From positions 1-64,000 of IMG/VR virus record IMGVR_UViG_3300042549_005931: a DNA stretch of 64,000 bases; one strand, given 5' to 3'. Under the pieces are notes generated by a model. The model saw nothing but the letters and a program-made list of their open reading frames with translations, did no database searches and was not told where the DNA came from. The position numbers and the translations under genes were made by a program. This document shows positions 9,155 through 20,042 of the stretch, in pieces. How positions within the stretch are numbered: position 1 is the stretch's first letter; each line of letters opens with the position of its first letter.

Positions 9155-9775
9155 ATGAAAATAAGTTTCGCAATAACAGTTTGCAACGAGTTGGAGGAAA
9201 TCAAGAAGTTGGTTCCGTTCTTACTGGAAAACAAGAGAGTTCAGGACGAGATAGTAGTTCTTTATGACAATAAGAATGGTAATCCTGAGGTGTTAGATTT
9301 CTTATTACCTTATAACAAATTACCAAATGTCCAAACATGGAGAGGGTTTGATTTTGAGGATAACTTTGCAGATTGGAAGAACAAACTAAATGAATACTGC
9401 ACAGGAGATTACATCGTTCAAATCGACGCTGATGAAATGATTAGTAAGTACATGATTCAAAATATCAATGTTATTATTGGTATGAATCCTGATGTTGATT
9501 TATATTATCTACCAAGAATTAATACGGTTGATGGTTTAACTCCCGAACATATTGATAAATGGAAGTGGAGTATTGATGAAAAAGGGTGGGTTAATTTTCC
9601 GGATTATCAAGGAAGAGTTTATAAATCTGATTTAAAATGGTCAGGTAAGGTTCATGAAAGTATTATCGGGTCTAAAAAGTATTCACTTTTACCTGAAGAT
9701 TTTGTATATTGCATTCAACATCATAAAACAATTGAACGTCAAGAAAAACAAAATAATTACTATAATACACTATGA
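9155..9775 (+). CDS. GT2-like glycosyltransferase
   Basis: ISFAITVCNE, IDADE (DxD), FPDYQGR, KVHE. Confidence 0.85.
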   Translation: MKISFAITVCNELEEIKKLVPFLLENKRVQDEIVVLYDNKNGNPEVLDFLLPYNKLPNVQTWRGFDFEDNFADWKNKLNEYCTGDYIVQIDADEMISKYMIQNINVIIGMNPDVDLYYLPRINTVDGLTPEHIDKWKWSIDEKGWVNFPDYQGRVYKSDLKWSGKVHESIIGSKKYSLLPEDFVYCIQHHKTIERQEKQNNYYNTL

Positions 9776-10359
9776 GTAAGATAGAATTTATAATCCCAAC
9801 CTATAATCGACCCGATTTATTAATGTGTACAATCAACTCGATTGTTGCACAAAGAAGTGATAAATGGAAAATACATGTAGTTGCCGATTGTCCACCTGAA
9901 GGTACATTAGATAAGATAATGAAATATTTTGAGGGTGATGAGAGGATTAAATTTACAATATTACCCGAAAGATATAATGATTGGGGACATACACCAAGAA
10001 ATTACGGTATGGAACATGCAACGGAAGATTGGGTGGTTATGACAGGTGAGGATAACTATTACGTGCCAGTGTTTGTTGACCATTTTTTAGGTGCAGTTAG
10101 TGGTAAGCGAAATGTTCATTTTGTTTTTTGTAATATGGTACATAATTGGACCAATTTTCAATATTATGCAATTGATTGTTCACCAAAAAAAGATGAAATT
10201 GATATTGGTAATTTTATGGTTAGAAGAAAATTTGGTAATAAAATTAAATTAAATGTAACAAGGGCGGCCGCCGATGGGGAATATGTTGAGGAGTATTTAA
10301 AACAATATCCTATGGGTGTTACTTTAAAAATTAATAAAATATTATACGTACACAATTAA
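9772..10359 (+). CDS. GT2-like glycosyltransferase
   Basis: IIPTYNRP, WGHTPRN, GEDNYY, C-terminal YVHN. Confidence 0.85.
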   Translation: MSKIEFIIPTYNRPDLLMCTINSIVAQRSDKWKIHVVADCPPEGTLDKIMKYFEGDERIKFTILPERYNDWGHTPRNYGMEHATEDWVVMTGEDNYYVPVFVDHFLGAVSGKRNVHFVFCNMVHNWTNFQYYAIDCSPKKDEIDIGNFMVRRKFGNKIKLNVTRAAADGEYVEEYLKQYPMGVTLKINKILYVHN

Positions 10360-10411
10360 TATGATTAAAATTACAGTTACAACTAAATAACTTTTATAAA
10401 AAAAAATTAAA

Positions 10412-11593
10412 ATGAAAAAAGAGATACCGTTATTTAAGGTTTTTATGGCAAACACCGCCGCAGATAAAGTTGCTAAAGTATTAAACAGTGGATTCATCGG
10501 TCAAGGACCTGTTGTAGATGAATTCGAAAATACCCTTAGTCAATATTTTCAACATCCTTACATTTCAACATTAAACGCAGCAACATCTGCCGAACATTTG
10601 GCATTACATTTAATTAAAAAACCATTCACATTCACAAAGGCGGATGGATATGGTATTAGAGAAAATGTTTGGGATGGTATGAAAGATGGTGATGAGGTTT
10701 TGACAACAGCATTAACATGTACAGCAACAAACTGGCCAATACTTGCAAATAACTTCAAGATTAAATGGGTTGATATTGACCCTAAAACTTTGAATATGGA
10801 TTTGGATGATTTGGAAAGAAAAATCGGTCCTAAAACAAGAGCCATTATGGTCGTTCATTGGGGTGGGTATCCGGTAGATTTGGATAGACTTAGACAAATT
10901 CAAGAGAAGTCATTACGTATGTACGGTTTCAAACCAGCAGTTATTGAAGATTGTGCACACGCAATGGGTAGTAAGTATAAAGGTAAATTGATTGGTACAC
11001 ATGGTAACATATGTACATTCTCATTACAGGCAATTAAACACATTACATCAGTTGATGGTGGGTTATTATTCTTACCTCATGAAGAACTAAACAGACGAGC
11101 TCGTTTATTGAGATGGTATGGTATCGATAGAGATTCACCAAGAAAAGATTTTAGATGTGAAGCTGACATTGAAGAGTGGGGTTTTAAATTCCATATGAAT
11201 GATGTTAATGCGGCCATTGGTGTAGAAAATTTCAAACACGTAGATGAAATTGTTGGTAAACATAAATCAAACGCTAAGTACTATGATGATAATTTAAAGT
11301 TTGTATCAGGTGTAACTTTATTAGAAAGAAATCCAGATATGGAAAGTGCCTTTTGGATTTATTCATTATTAGTTGAAAGAAAAGGTGACTTCATGAAATA
11401 TATGAAAGAATGTGGAATTGCTGTTTCACAAGTTCATGAAAGAAATGATATTCATACTTGCGTAAAAGACTATCGTGCGATGTTGCCTAACTTAGATAGA
11501 ACCATCGGTAGTGTTATCTCAATTCCAATTGGTTGGTGGGTAACAGAAGAAGATAGAAAATATATTGTAGATTGTATTAAAAAAGGTTGGTAA
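10412..11593 (+). CDS. DegT/DnrJ/EryC1/StrS PLP-dependent sugar aminotransferase
   Basis: GPVVDEFE, VHWGG, IEDCAHAMG, FSLQAIKHIT (PLP Lys), DGG. Confidence 0.93.
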   Translation: MKKEIPLFKVFMANTAADKVAKVLNSGFIGQGPVVDEFENTLSQYFQHPYISTLNAATSAEHLALHLIKKPFTFTKADGYGIRENVWDGMKDGDEVLTTALTCTATNWPILANNFKIKWVDIDPKTLNMDLDDLERKIGPKTRAIMVVHWGGYPVDLDRLRQIQEKSLRMYGFKPAVIEDCAHAMGSKYKGKLIGTHGNICTFSLQAIKHITSVDGGLLFLPHEELNRRARLLRWYGIDRDSPRKDFRCEADIEEWGFKFHMNDVNAAIGVENFKHVDEIVGKHKSNAKYYDDNLKFVSGVTLLERNPDMESAFWIYSLLVERKGDFMKYMKECGIAVSQVHERNDIHTCVKDYRAMLPNLDRTIGSVISIPIGWWVTEEDRKYIVDCIKKGW

Positions 11594-12558
11594 TGGAGAG
11601 AATAATTGATGACTCGTTTTTAAAATCTGATGTAACGGAGTTTGCATTAGGTTATGATAAAGTTAAGAATCATACTTGGTATGATAACTTAAATTATATG
11701 GTTGATTTATCTAAAAAATATTTCAATGAGGATAACTTCATTATGGATTATTCTTGTGGTACCGGCATTTTTTGTGAGAGATTATTAAAATCTACAATTG
11801 ATTGTCCAAGAATTTTAATGATGGACTCCTCACCAAAATATTTGAAGTTATCTCATGATAAATTCGGTAGAAATTATAAGTTTCATTTTAGGGTTATTAA
11901 CTATCTTAAAAATGAGGGTAGGTTACAAACAATATCCGAAACTTTAGGTGAAGATTATAAAGAACTATTAGATGGGATTGTTTGTACAAACGCAATTCAT
12001 TTATACCCAACAATCGATGATACAATTAAATCTTGGAATGATATTTTAGTTAAGGGTGGTAAATTATTAATAAATTCGGGTAACATATACAACCCATTAA
12101 TGGGTGAAGAAACGAAGTTGATTGACCAGACAGTAGAGGAGATTTCTAAAATGTCATATGACATTGTAAAAGGTGATTCTAAATATTCCAAATATGTTGA
12201 TTTAATTGACAATTTCGACTATATTGAAAAACATAATGTACTTAGAGATAAATACTTTTTACCTATTCGACCGATTAATTTCTACACAGATGAATTAATT
12301 AAAAATGGGTTTAAAATTGTGGAAGTTAAAACTATTGATGTCGATGCTAAAGTTGACGAGTGGTTTGATTTCTTAAAAGTATATCACGAAGGTATTATTG
12401 GTTGGATTGGTGGTTCTAAAAAAATTACCGGTGTTGAACCAAGTGAAGATGAAGTTAATGATAGAGTCGAAATTATAAAATTGGCGCTAACAAAAATGTT
12501 TAATAACCAAAACGATTTTAAAGCGTGTTGGAACTATATAATTTGTGAAAAAATATAA
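11587..12558 (+). CDS. Class I SAM-dependent methyltransferase
   Basis: MDYSCGTG, NAIHL, LVKGGKLLI; likely ATG at 11593. Confidence 0.8.
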   Translation: MVMERIIDDSFLKSDVTEFALGYDKVKNHTWYDNLNYMVDLSKKYFNEDNFIMDYSCGTGIFCERLLKSTIDCPRILMMDSSPKYLKLSHDKFGRNYKFHFRVINYLKNEGRLQTISETLGEDYKELLDGIVCTNAIHLYPTIDDTIKSWNDILVKGGKLLINSGNIYNPLMGEETKLIDQTVEEISKMSYDIVKGDSKYSKYVDLIDNFDYIEKHNVLRDKYFLPIRPINFYTDELIKNGFKIVEVKTIDVDAKVDEWFDFLKVYHEGIIGWIGGSKKITGVEPSEDEVNDRVEIIKLALTKMFNNQNDFKACWNYIICEKI

Positions 12559-13237
12559 AAACATTATGAATCATTGGGATGAGTATTGGGTTAACGTTAA
12601 ATGGAGTCCTTTATTAAAAAATCCGTCTCCTAAGATGTATGGTGGAACAAATTACGAACCATTAGCAACTATTGGTATGACCGCATTTCTTGATGCGGTT
12701 AAAGATAAATTTGTAGAAAATTTTTCAATATTAGATTATGGTTGTGGTGCAGGTATATTGATTAATCCAATAAGTGAAAGACTTGCTAATTTTACATATT
12801 ATGGGTTAGAACCAATAAATGGGGATGGTCCATCAAGAATAGAATTGGGTAAAGAATCTTTTAATGATTCAAGAGTAAAATTTGGATTCATTGAAAGTGA
12901 TTATGATGATGTAATTAAAAATAAATTAGATTGTGTAATTTTAATATCAATTTTTACACATTTAACAATTGAGGACATTTATTTAACGTTAGACAAATTA
13001 ATTAAAGTTTTTGAGGTTAGTCCTAATTCCTCCATTGTTTTTTCTTGTTTTATTTCGAATAAGAGAGTATTGGTAAACCATCTCCCAAATATATGGGAAA
13101 GATTTTACGGTGAAAGTCATATAATGATAGATGATTTAGTAACATATTGCAATAAAAATAATTTAAAATTAATTAAACATATGGATTTTATCGCAGCCGG
13201 GGGATATAATCATCAAATATTTAAAATCGAAAAATAA
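12545..13237 (+). CDS. Class I SAM-dependent methyltransferase
   Basis: ILDYGCGAG, SIFTHL. Confidence 0.85.
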   Translation: MKKYKNIMNHWDEYWVNVKWSPLLKNPSPKMYGGTNYEPLATIGMTAFLDAVKDKFVENFSILDYGCGAGILINPISERLANFTYYGLEPINGDGPSRIELGKESFNDSRVKFGFIESDYDDVIKNKLDCVILISIFTHLTIEDIYLTLDKLIKVFEVSPNSSIVFSCFISNKRVLVNHLPNIWERFYGESHIMIDDLVTYCNKNNLKLIKHMDFIAAGGYNHQIFKIEK

Positions 13238-13803
13238 TGGTAGGTTGGAACGAAGAAATTAAAAAAGAATTGGGTTACTGTGGTGACAATGTCTTTATAG
13301 GTCATAATGTTGTTTTTACCAATCCTAAAAATGTTATATTAGGTGATAACGTTAGAATTGACCCGTTTTGTTTGATAACAACGGCATTAGAAGTTGATAA
13401 ATATACTCAAATATGTTCACACGCAGTTTTAGGTGGTGGAGTACAACATAAAATTACATTAGGTAAATGGAATTTTATTGGTTATGGGTCTAAATTATTT
13501 TGTGCATCCGAAGATTATAGCGGTGAGTTTGGTCCCGTAAATGAATATTGGGGTAACAATAAAATTTTTAGAGGTGATATCACTTTTAAAGACTATTCAG
13601 GAATCGCGTCCGATGTAATGGTTTTACCGGGTGTCACATTTCCCGAAGGTTGTACTATTGGTGCTAAAAGTTTTGTTTATTCAAAATCGAAACTAAATGA
13701 ATGGTCAATTTATTTGGGTAACCCATTAGTATTTCATAAAGAAAGAAATAAAGATAATGTGATTAGTTTATCTAATGACCCAAATTTCCTTAAGAATAAA
13801 TGA
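13237..13803 (+). CDS. Left-handed beta-helix sugar acyltransferase (VioB-like)
   Basis: Hexapeptide repeats GDNVFIG/GDNVRID, ASEDYSG, VLPGVT..IGAKS..GNP. Confidence 0.85.
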   Translation: MVGWNEEIKKELGYCGDNVFIGHNVVFTNPKNVILGDNVRIDPFCLITTALEVDKYTQICSHAVLGGGVQHKITLGKWNFIGYGSKLFCASEDYSGEFGPVNEYWGNNKIFRGDITFKDYSGIASDVMVLPGVTFPEGCTIGAKSFVYSKSKLNEWSIYLGNPLVFHKERNKDNVISLSNDPNFLKNK

Positions 13804-14531
13804 GTAAGTGTTTAAAAATAATATGTTGTTACTTGGGTCGGAGGAATGGTACACACAATACTCCTACCAATATTTTACCATTTATTAATCAATCAATAGA
13901 AAATGAAATTGAAATTGAAAATGGTTTTGATACTGATGTTATTTTTGTTGTAAATGAAAGCTCAAACATGAGTGGATTTGAATGTATTTTGGAACAAAAT
14001 GGTAAACAAACAAAAAACGGTAAGATAATAATAGAAACAAGACCCAATATAAATGGTTCATTTGGTGCATATTATGATATGTTTAGAAAATACATAAATG
14101 CTTACGATTATTTCTTTTTTTGTGAAGATGATGTTTTAATATATAAAGAAAATTATATTAAGGATTTTATTGAATTTTGTGATAGTGACGATTCTGTTGG
14201 ATTTGTATCTTTAGCCCCTATACACGATGGTAAAAATTATGCTATACATTCAGGAGGTGGTTGTGGTCTTACAAGTAAAGAAAAATTTTTATCCGCAAAT
14301 ACAATGAATGAAATTGATAATTTTAATAATAACGGTATTAATGTTCCGTATTCAAATTTACTTTTAATGGAAGTTTCATTTACAAATAAATTCGTAATAT
14401 GTGGATTATCGTTAAAAAATCACCCTAAATTTAATCCATTATGTGATAATTATGAAAAACATATTGGTCATAGAAACAATTTTAAACCCGAATATTTGGG
14501 TTTAGAATTTATATACAAAGTTGGAAATTAA
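13800..14531 (+). CDS. Putative GT-A fold glycosyltransferase-like protein
   Basis: RPNINGSFGAY, YFFFCEDD. Confidence 0.5.
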   Translation: MSKCLKIICCYLGRRNGTHNTPTNILPFINQSIENEIEIENGFDTDVIFVVNESSNMSGFECILEQNGKQTKNGKIIIETRPNINGSFGAYYDMFRKYINAYDYFFFCEDDVLIYKENYIKDFIEFCDSDDSVGFVSLAPIHDGKNYAIHSGGGCGLTSKEKFLSANTMNEIDNFNNNGINVPYSNLLLMEVSFTNKFVICGLSLKNHPKFNPLCDNYEKHIGHRNNFKPEYLGLEFIYKVGN

Positions 14532-14545
14532 AAATATTTAATATT

Positions 14546-15427
14546 ATGAGAAATTTTAAACAGAATCATAAGGAAATGAATTGGCCGTGGGTTGAGTCCC
14601 CCTTCTTCAATGAATTAATTAAACATCAAGAATTAACTAATGAACAAAGAGATTTAGCCATAAAATTAAATAAAGATGGATATGTCATTTTAGATTTAGG
14701 TTTAACCGATGAACAAATTGATGCGTTTAAAACTGAGATTGATACCTTAAATGATAGAGATACTGTCGTTACTCAAGCCGATGGATATCATTATTCAAAA
14801 GGTAAGAGAATATTCGAGGGTTGGAAAGATAGTGAGATGTTACAATCTCTTTCTTTAAATCCTGTGGTTATGGATGCATTAAGATTACTTTACAAGAGAG
14901 AACCATATCCATTTCAAACAATTACATTTAATTATGGTTCTAATCAACCATTACATAGTGACTTAATTCACTTCGATTCAATACCACACAGATGGTTAAC
15001 CGCGGTATGGGTGGCGTTAGAAGATATGACCAACCAGAATGGTTCATTGTTATATGTTCCAGGTTCCCATAAACTACCCATATTTGACTTCTACGACCTT
15101 AAAGTTAAAGTTCCTGAGTATGGTAAACAATTTGATAGTTATGCAGAATATGAGGAGTTTATTAGACAACTGGTGGAAGTACAAGAATTAGAAGTAAAAC
15201 CATTAATATGTAAGAAGGGTCAAGCACTTGTTTGGTCTGCCAATTTAATACATGGTGGTGACATTATCAGAGACCCGAATAGTACACGTTATTCACAAGT
15301 AACCCATTACTATTACGACGATTGTGAAGTTTACTATTCACCTATGTTCTCAGAATCATGGAAGGGTGACTTCAAAACAAAAGATTTAACCGGTAAAAAT
15401 ATTAGAGAATTTAAACATACAAAATAA
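14546..15427 (+). CDS. PhyH-family 2OG-Fe(II) dioxygenase
   Basis: HSD (HxD), WVALED..NGSLLYVPGSH, HGG, R.SQVTHY. Confidence 0.9.
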   Translation: MRNFKQNHKEMNWPWVESPFFNELIKHQELTNEQRDLAIKLNKDGYVILDLGLTDEQIDAFKTEIDTLNDRDTVVTQADGYHYSKGKRIFEGWKDSEMLQSLSLNPVVMDALRLLYKREPYPFQTITFNYGSNQPLHSDLIHFDSIPHRWLTAVWVALEDMTNQNGSLLYVPGSHKLPIFDFYDLKVKVPEYGKQFDSYAEYEEFIRQLVEVQELEVKPLICKKGQALVWSANLIHGGDIIRDPNSTRYSQVTHYYYDDCEVYYSPMFSESWKGDFKTKDLTGKNIREFKHTK

Positions 15428-16356
15428 TGAGTGTAAAAATAGTTGGGATTGGAGCGTATGTTCCTGAAAAAAAATTAACAAATAAAGATATTGAAAAAAT
15501 GGTCGATACTGATGACCAATGGATTCAAGATAATTTAGGGATTAGGGAAAGAAGAATTAGTGATGATAATCAGTTAAGTTCTGATTTAGCAGTTAAATCA
15601 AGTATATCGGCTATTCATGATGCAAATTTAACTGTTAATGATATTGACTTTATAATCTTGGCAACCTCTTCACCAGATAGGATTAGTCCATCGACGGCCT
15701 GTTTATTACAAGAAAAAATTGGAGCCGTTAATGCCGCCTGTGTTGATATTAATGCAGTTTGTCCGGGATTTTTATATGGTTTACAAATTGCTAAAGGGTT
15801 ATTATCAATTGGTCAATATAAGAACATATTACTTGTTGCATCGGAAACTTATTCTAAATTAACTGATTGGTCAAGACGTGATTGTGTATTCTTTGGTGAT
15901 GGTTCGGGTGCTGTGGTTCTTCAAAGAGATGAAACAAATTATTGTGAAATTGATTTATATGCGGATGGTACCGGAAAAGAAGCGTTTACTGTTCATCACA
16001 ATGAATATTTTTCAATGATTGGTAAAGAGATTTATAAAGGTGGAACCACTAAATTACCATCGTCAATACAATCATTGTTAGAAAGAACCGGTGTTGATAA
16101 AAATGATATCACACATGTGGTACCACATCAACCAAGTATTAATATTTTAAAGAAAACTGCGGAGATATTAGACGTTGATTTTTCTAAATTTGCATTATCA
16201 ATGGGTGAATATGCAAACACCGCAGGTGCATCTATCCCAATTACACTTAACAAACTTTACGAACAAAACAAATTAAAGAAAAATGATTTATTACTACTAA
16301 CAACAATAGGTTCTGGTTGGGTTTGGGGTAGTGGATTGATTAAATGGACAAAATAA
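15427..16356 (+). CDS. fabH: 3-oxoacyl-ACP synthase III
   Basis: GIRERR, AVCPGFLY (Cys), FGDG, PHQPS (His), ANTAGAS (Asn) catalytic triad. Confidence 0.93.
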   Translation: MSVKIVGIGAYVPEKKLTNKDIEKMVDTDDQWIQDNLGIRERRISDDNQLSSDLAVKSSISAIHDANLTVNDIDFIILATSSPDRISPSTACLLQEKIGAVNAACVDINAVCPGFLYGLQIAKGLLSIGQYKNILLVASETYSKLTDWSRRDCVFFGDGSGAVVLQRDETNYCEIDLYADGTGKEAFTVHHNEYFSMIGKEIYKGGTTKLPSSIQSLLERTGVDKNDITHVVPHQPSINILKKTAEILDVDFSKFALSMGEYANTAGASIPITLNKLYEQNKLKKNDLLLLTTIGSGWVWGSGLIKWTK

Positions 16357-17000
16357 TGAAAAAGATATTACTGGTTGGTGGTACTGGAGGGTTGGGAAAT
16401 CAATTAACTGAACATTTAAGTTTAAGTTATACATGTTTTTCTGTCGGGTCTAAGATGTTAGACGTTACTAATGAAGAACAAGTAAAAGAATTTTTAGATG
16501 AAAACGATTATGATATTATCATTTATCTTTCAGTAAAGAATATCGATGGTTTAATACACAAACAAACAAAAGAAACAACTGAATCCCAATTAAATGTAAA
16601 TCTATTTGGATTCTTAAATGTTCTTCGTCATTCTACGAATAAACTTAGAGAAAAAGGTTATGGTAGAATCATATACATATCATCTGTATTATCTAAGAAA
16701 CCAATTAGAGGTACCGGTATTTATTCAGCGAGTAAAGCATTTTGTGATAATATAATTAAAACATATTCATTAGAAAATTCAAAGTATGGAATTACATCCA
16801 ATTCTATTCAATTAGGATATTTTGAAGGTGGTTTAACTGATAAAGTTCCCATAGACATTTTACAAAATGTAAAAAATAGTATATCTTTAAAAAGATTAGG
16901 TAAAGTAGAAGAAATGTCTAACTTAATTAAAACAATAATAGAGACTGAATATATTAACGGTACAAATATTTCGATTACAGGTGGTTATGAAAATGAATAA
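16344..17000 (+). CDS. SDR oxidoreductase (FabG-like)
   Basis: GGTGGLG, ISS, YSASK, NGTNISITGG. Confidence 0.85.
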   Translation: MDKIMKKILLVGGTGGLGNQLTEHLSLSYTCFSVGSKMLDVTNEEQVKEFLDENDYDIIIYLSVKNIDGLIHKQTKETTESQLNVNLFGFLNVLRHSTNKLREKGYGRIIYISSVLSKKPIRGTGIYSASKAFCDNIIKTYSLENSKYGITSNSIQLGYFEGGLTDKVPIDILQNVKNSISLKRLGKVEEMSNLIKTIIETEYINGTNISITGGYENE

Positions 17001-17724
17001 ATTTTTAATTATTTTGGCATATTATGAAAGGTCAAAAATTGTGCAAAATGCATTAAATTCTATATTGGATATATCATATCCAGAATTTGAGGTTCATTTT
17101 ATTGATGATGGGTCAACAACTAAAGGAGAACCGATTGTTAGAGAAATGTGTTCATCCATAATTGATAAATTTACATTTCATTATATTGACAACACCGTAG
17201 AACAAAAAAAAGCTCAGGGTGGTAGTATACATGGACAATATCTTAACCTTGCAATAGAACAAAGCGATGCTGACCATGTTATTATTTTGTGTGATGATGA
17301 TGCAATATTTCCACATTTCTTAACCAAACTAAATATTTTTTTAAATAAAACAGAAAACTTAGATAAAAAATATTTTTATCACAATATTCTTACATACAAT
17401 TCAATTATAGAACCATATACTGTGGGTGTTGAAAGGATGGATATGAGTTATCATACAAATCATCACACACAACCAATTCATTGTTCTTGTCAGGTGGATT
17501 CAACACAAGTTACTTATTCACGTAAATTTTTTATGGATGATGGTTTAAAATATCCATCACCACAAACATCGATGTTGGATTTAGTCATTTATAGACAAAT
17601 GTTTAATGCTTGGGGTCCGGCTTATTATAGTGGATTAATTTCACAAGTTAAATCTAATAATGAAGATAATTTAATTTTTAAGGATAAAACAGATAAAATG
17701 TTTATTACAAATGACATGAAATAA
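16981..17724 (+). CDS. GT2-like glycosyltransferase
   Basis: FIDDGS, LCDDD; likely ATG near 16993. Confidence 0.8.
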   Translation: MVMKMNKFLIILAYYERSKIVQNALNSILDISYPEFEVHFIDDGSTTKGEPIVREMCSSIIDKFTFHYIDNTVEQKKAQGGSIHGQYLNLAIEQSDADHVIILCDDDAIFPHFLTKLNIFLNKTENLDKKYFYHNILTYNSIIEPYTVGVERMDMSYHTNHHTQPIHCSCQVDSTQVTYSRKFFMDDGLKYPSPQTSMLDLVIYRQMFNAWGPAYYSGLISQVKSNNEDNLIFKDKTDKMFITNDMK

Positions 17725-17823
17725 AAAAACTTTTAGTACCGGTGTAAATCTTTGTAAAAAAATAAAAGAAGAAGAGTGTCTTGTAATAAGTGTTAAAACC
17801 TACATTAAAAATTATTTAAGTAA

Positions 17824-18927
17824 ATGAATATAACATTAGTATTGGCTGTTTACAATAACCTATCATTAACCAAAGAATGTTATAGACACATTCGTGGTTT
17901 GTATAATGATGCACCAATTGTTATTAGTAGTGGTGGGTCCGATGATGGTACATTCGAATGGTTAGAACAAACATCTGAGAATGATACACATTTTTCTTTT
18001 GTTCACGAATCTGAAAAGATAAACTTCTCGGAAAATTATAACCAAGGAATTAAACTTGTCGATACAGATAAGTTAGTTCTTATTCATAATGATATGGTTA
18101 TCGGTAAGGGTTTCTTAGAATCACTTGACAAACAACTAACTGAGAACATGTTATTATGTTACACCACTGTTGAACCACCAATCTTTAAAGGTCATAATAG
18201 ACCGGGTAAGTTCATATTGGATTGTGGAACATCATTCAATAACTTCAATATGAATTTGTTCAACCAATATATTGATAGTGTACCAAAAACTGGTAATCTA
18301 TATGATGGTGGTTCATTCTTTATGTCAGGATACAAATCATTATTTGAAGATGTAAACTATTTCGACGGGTTTAGTTTCTTTCCTTGTTTTTGTGAGGATG
18401 ATGACTTCTTAATAAGAACTAAACTTAAAGGTTACGACATCAAGACAACCGAAGAAGCAATAACGTATCATTTCGTTTCTAAGACCTCCAGATTTAGTGA
18501 TGAGTACAAAGACACCACAAAACAAAATGAACTCAACAGCAACCGAAATTTCATACGAAAATGGGGTATTCCATCTCATTTATTTACCATGATTAGGTAT
18601 TGGGAGGATGATGACTTCAAATATAAGAATTATGATATGGGTTTAACATTAGTAAACTCATCTCAATTAGAAATATTGGAACCATTTTTTGATAAGATAT
18701 CAATTGATAAGGTACCAGAAGATTACATAGTTTCCGAACAGAAAAAAACTAATTATGATTTAAGAAGTAAATTCACATTCATAGATAATGTTGATGTAAT
18801 GATTTACATTGATGGTAATATTTCTGAGATTGAGTTTGATGTTATTCAAAAACTAAGATTAAGTTTACCGGATTACGAACCGGGTATATACGAGAGTGGT
18901 AGATTAAAGATTGAGATTAAATCCTAA
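17824..18927 (+). CDS. GT2-like glycosyltransferase with C-terminal extension
   Basis: GSDDGT, IHNDM, CEDDDF, YHFVSKTSR. Confidence 0.85.
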   Translation: MNITLVLAVYNNLSLTKECYRHIRGLYNDAPIVISSGGSDDGTFEWLEQTSENDTHFSFVHESEKINFSENYNQGIKLVDTDKLVLIHNDMVIGKGFLESLDKQLTENMLLCYTTVEPPIFKGHNRPGKFILDCGTSFNNFNMNLFNQYIDSVPKTGNLYDGGSFFMSGYKSLFEDVNYFDGFSFFPCFCEDDDFLIRTKLKGYDIKTTEEAITYHFVSKTSRFSDEYKDTTKQNELNSNRNFIRKWGIPSHLFTMIRYWEDDDFKYKNYDMGLTLVNSSQLEILEPFFDKISIDKVPEDYIVSEQKKTNYDLRSKFTFIDNVDVMIYIDGNISEIEFDVIQKLRLSLPDYEPGIYESGRLKIEIKS

Positions 18928-19323
18928 TTTTTTAAATACGTTAATTGATTTTTTATTCCATTCATCAACGAATGATTTGACCGGTCCATTTGTGTGATTT
19001 TTAATCACAAGATATAACATATCTGTTGCACCGTAGTTTCTTTCACCGACATGTTGTTTAGAGAACACATTGTATATAACATCATCATCTAACCAGCAAT
19101 ACCCATAAATCTTTTTTTCATGATATGCAACAAAGAATTTATGACCATTTAAAATTCTGTCTTGTGCATCATCTAAATTAAACATTAAGTCCCAATTAAG
19201 TTCATTGTTAAACATCTTTATACAATGTTTAATAATTTGGTAGTCATATGTTTCTTGGATTTCAATTTCTTCTGATATATTTCTATCAATTAAATCATTT
19301 GAATTAAGAATATAATTAATCAT
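18904..19323 (-). CDS. GNAT-like acetyltransferase
   Basis: IYGYCW, YNVFS, VDEWNKKSINVFKKLGF (motif B N..S..F.KLGF). Confidence 0.65.
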   Translation of the reverse strand: MINYILNSNDLIDRNISEEIEIQETYDYQIIKHCIKMFNNELNWDLMFNLDDAQDRILNGHKFFVAYHEKKIYGYCWLDDDVIYNVFSKQHVGERNYGATDMLYLVIKNHTNGPVKSFVDEWNKKSINVFKKLGFNLNL

Positions 19324-20027
19324 ATTAATACGTTTCTTTTTTGGAATTGTTTTTCAAACTTATCCCAAACCCATTGTTTTAATTCATCATTTATCACAAT
19401 TTTACTACTTACTTTACTACTATGATTTAATTTTTCAATGTTTAGTCTTTCTCCAAACTGATTATAAATGAAATCTGAAAATTTATCAATTTCAGATATA
19501 TCAAATTCATAATCTGCCGGTTCATTTTCTTTAATCCAATTTTGAGATAGTAGAACCGATAATATACCATTATAATGTCTAACGACGAATCCATTAATAA
19601 GATGAATATCTTTTAGTTCTTTTTCTTTTATCAATCTTAAATGAATACTATCCCATTCAGAATTATCAGTAGAGTATAATGTATTCACAAACTCAAAATC
19701 AAATGTTTTAAAAATAAAATCATTATCAACATCTTCCCATTTTATAATTGGTGTGTATAATTTTGATTTTTCCGTTATATGAAAAAAATATTGTAGACCT
19801 GACAACCACTTATCAAACCAATCTCTTTTTATACAGATAGTTTTCCGTATTCCAAACTCTTCATATAATATAGATTTTTTAAAATGAGTATGTTCATTTG
19901 GGTATTCTAAATCCAAATCTAAACGTTTTATATTTAAATTTGAAGTTAATAAAGCTTTTTCTATTGAAACGGATGCACATCTTGGAATTGATAACCAAAT
20001 CAATTCATTATTTATCAGTAACCCCAT
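19320..20027 (-). CDS. Sulfotransferase-like protein
   Basis: LSIPRCASVSI resembles the 5'-PSB loop (HIPKxAxTS); KRDWFDKWLSG resembles the 3'-PB motif. Confidence 0.6.
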   Translation of the reverse strand: MGLLINNELIWLSIPRCASVSIEKALLTSNLNIKRLDLDLEYPNEHTHFKKSILYEEFGIRKTICIKRDWFDKWLSGLQYFFHITEKSKLYTPIIKWEDVDNDFIFKTFDFEFVNTLYSTDNSEWDSIHLRLIKEKELKDIHLINGFVVRHYNGILSVLLSQNWIKENEPADYEFDISEIDKFSDFIYNQFGERLNIEKLNHSSKVSSKIVINDELKQWVWDKFEKQFQKRNVLI

Positions 20028-20042
20028 TGAATAAATTTATAT

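Noticed and set aside
9061-9267. 68-aa Cys/Trp-containing ORF
   Set aside because: GTG start and 113-nt overlap with the GT2 gene; the 5' part could be real but cannot be supported.
10361-10390. 9-codon ORF MIKITVTTK before the aminotransferase, as a leader peptide
   Set aside because: Too short, no attenuator structure, expected by chance.
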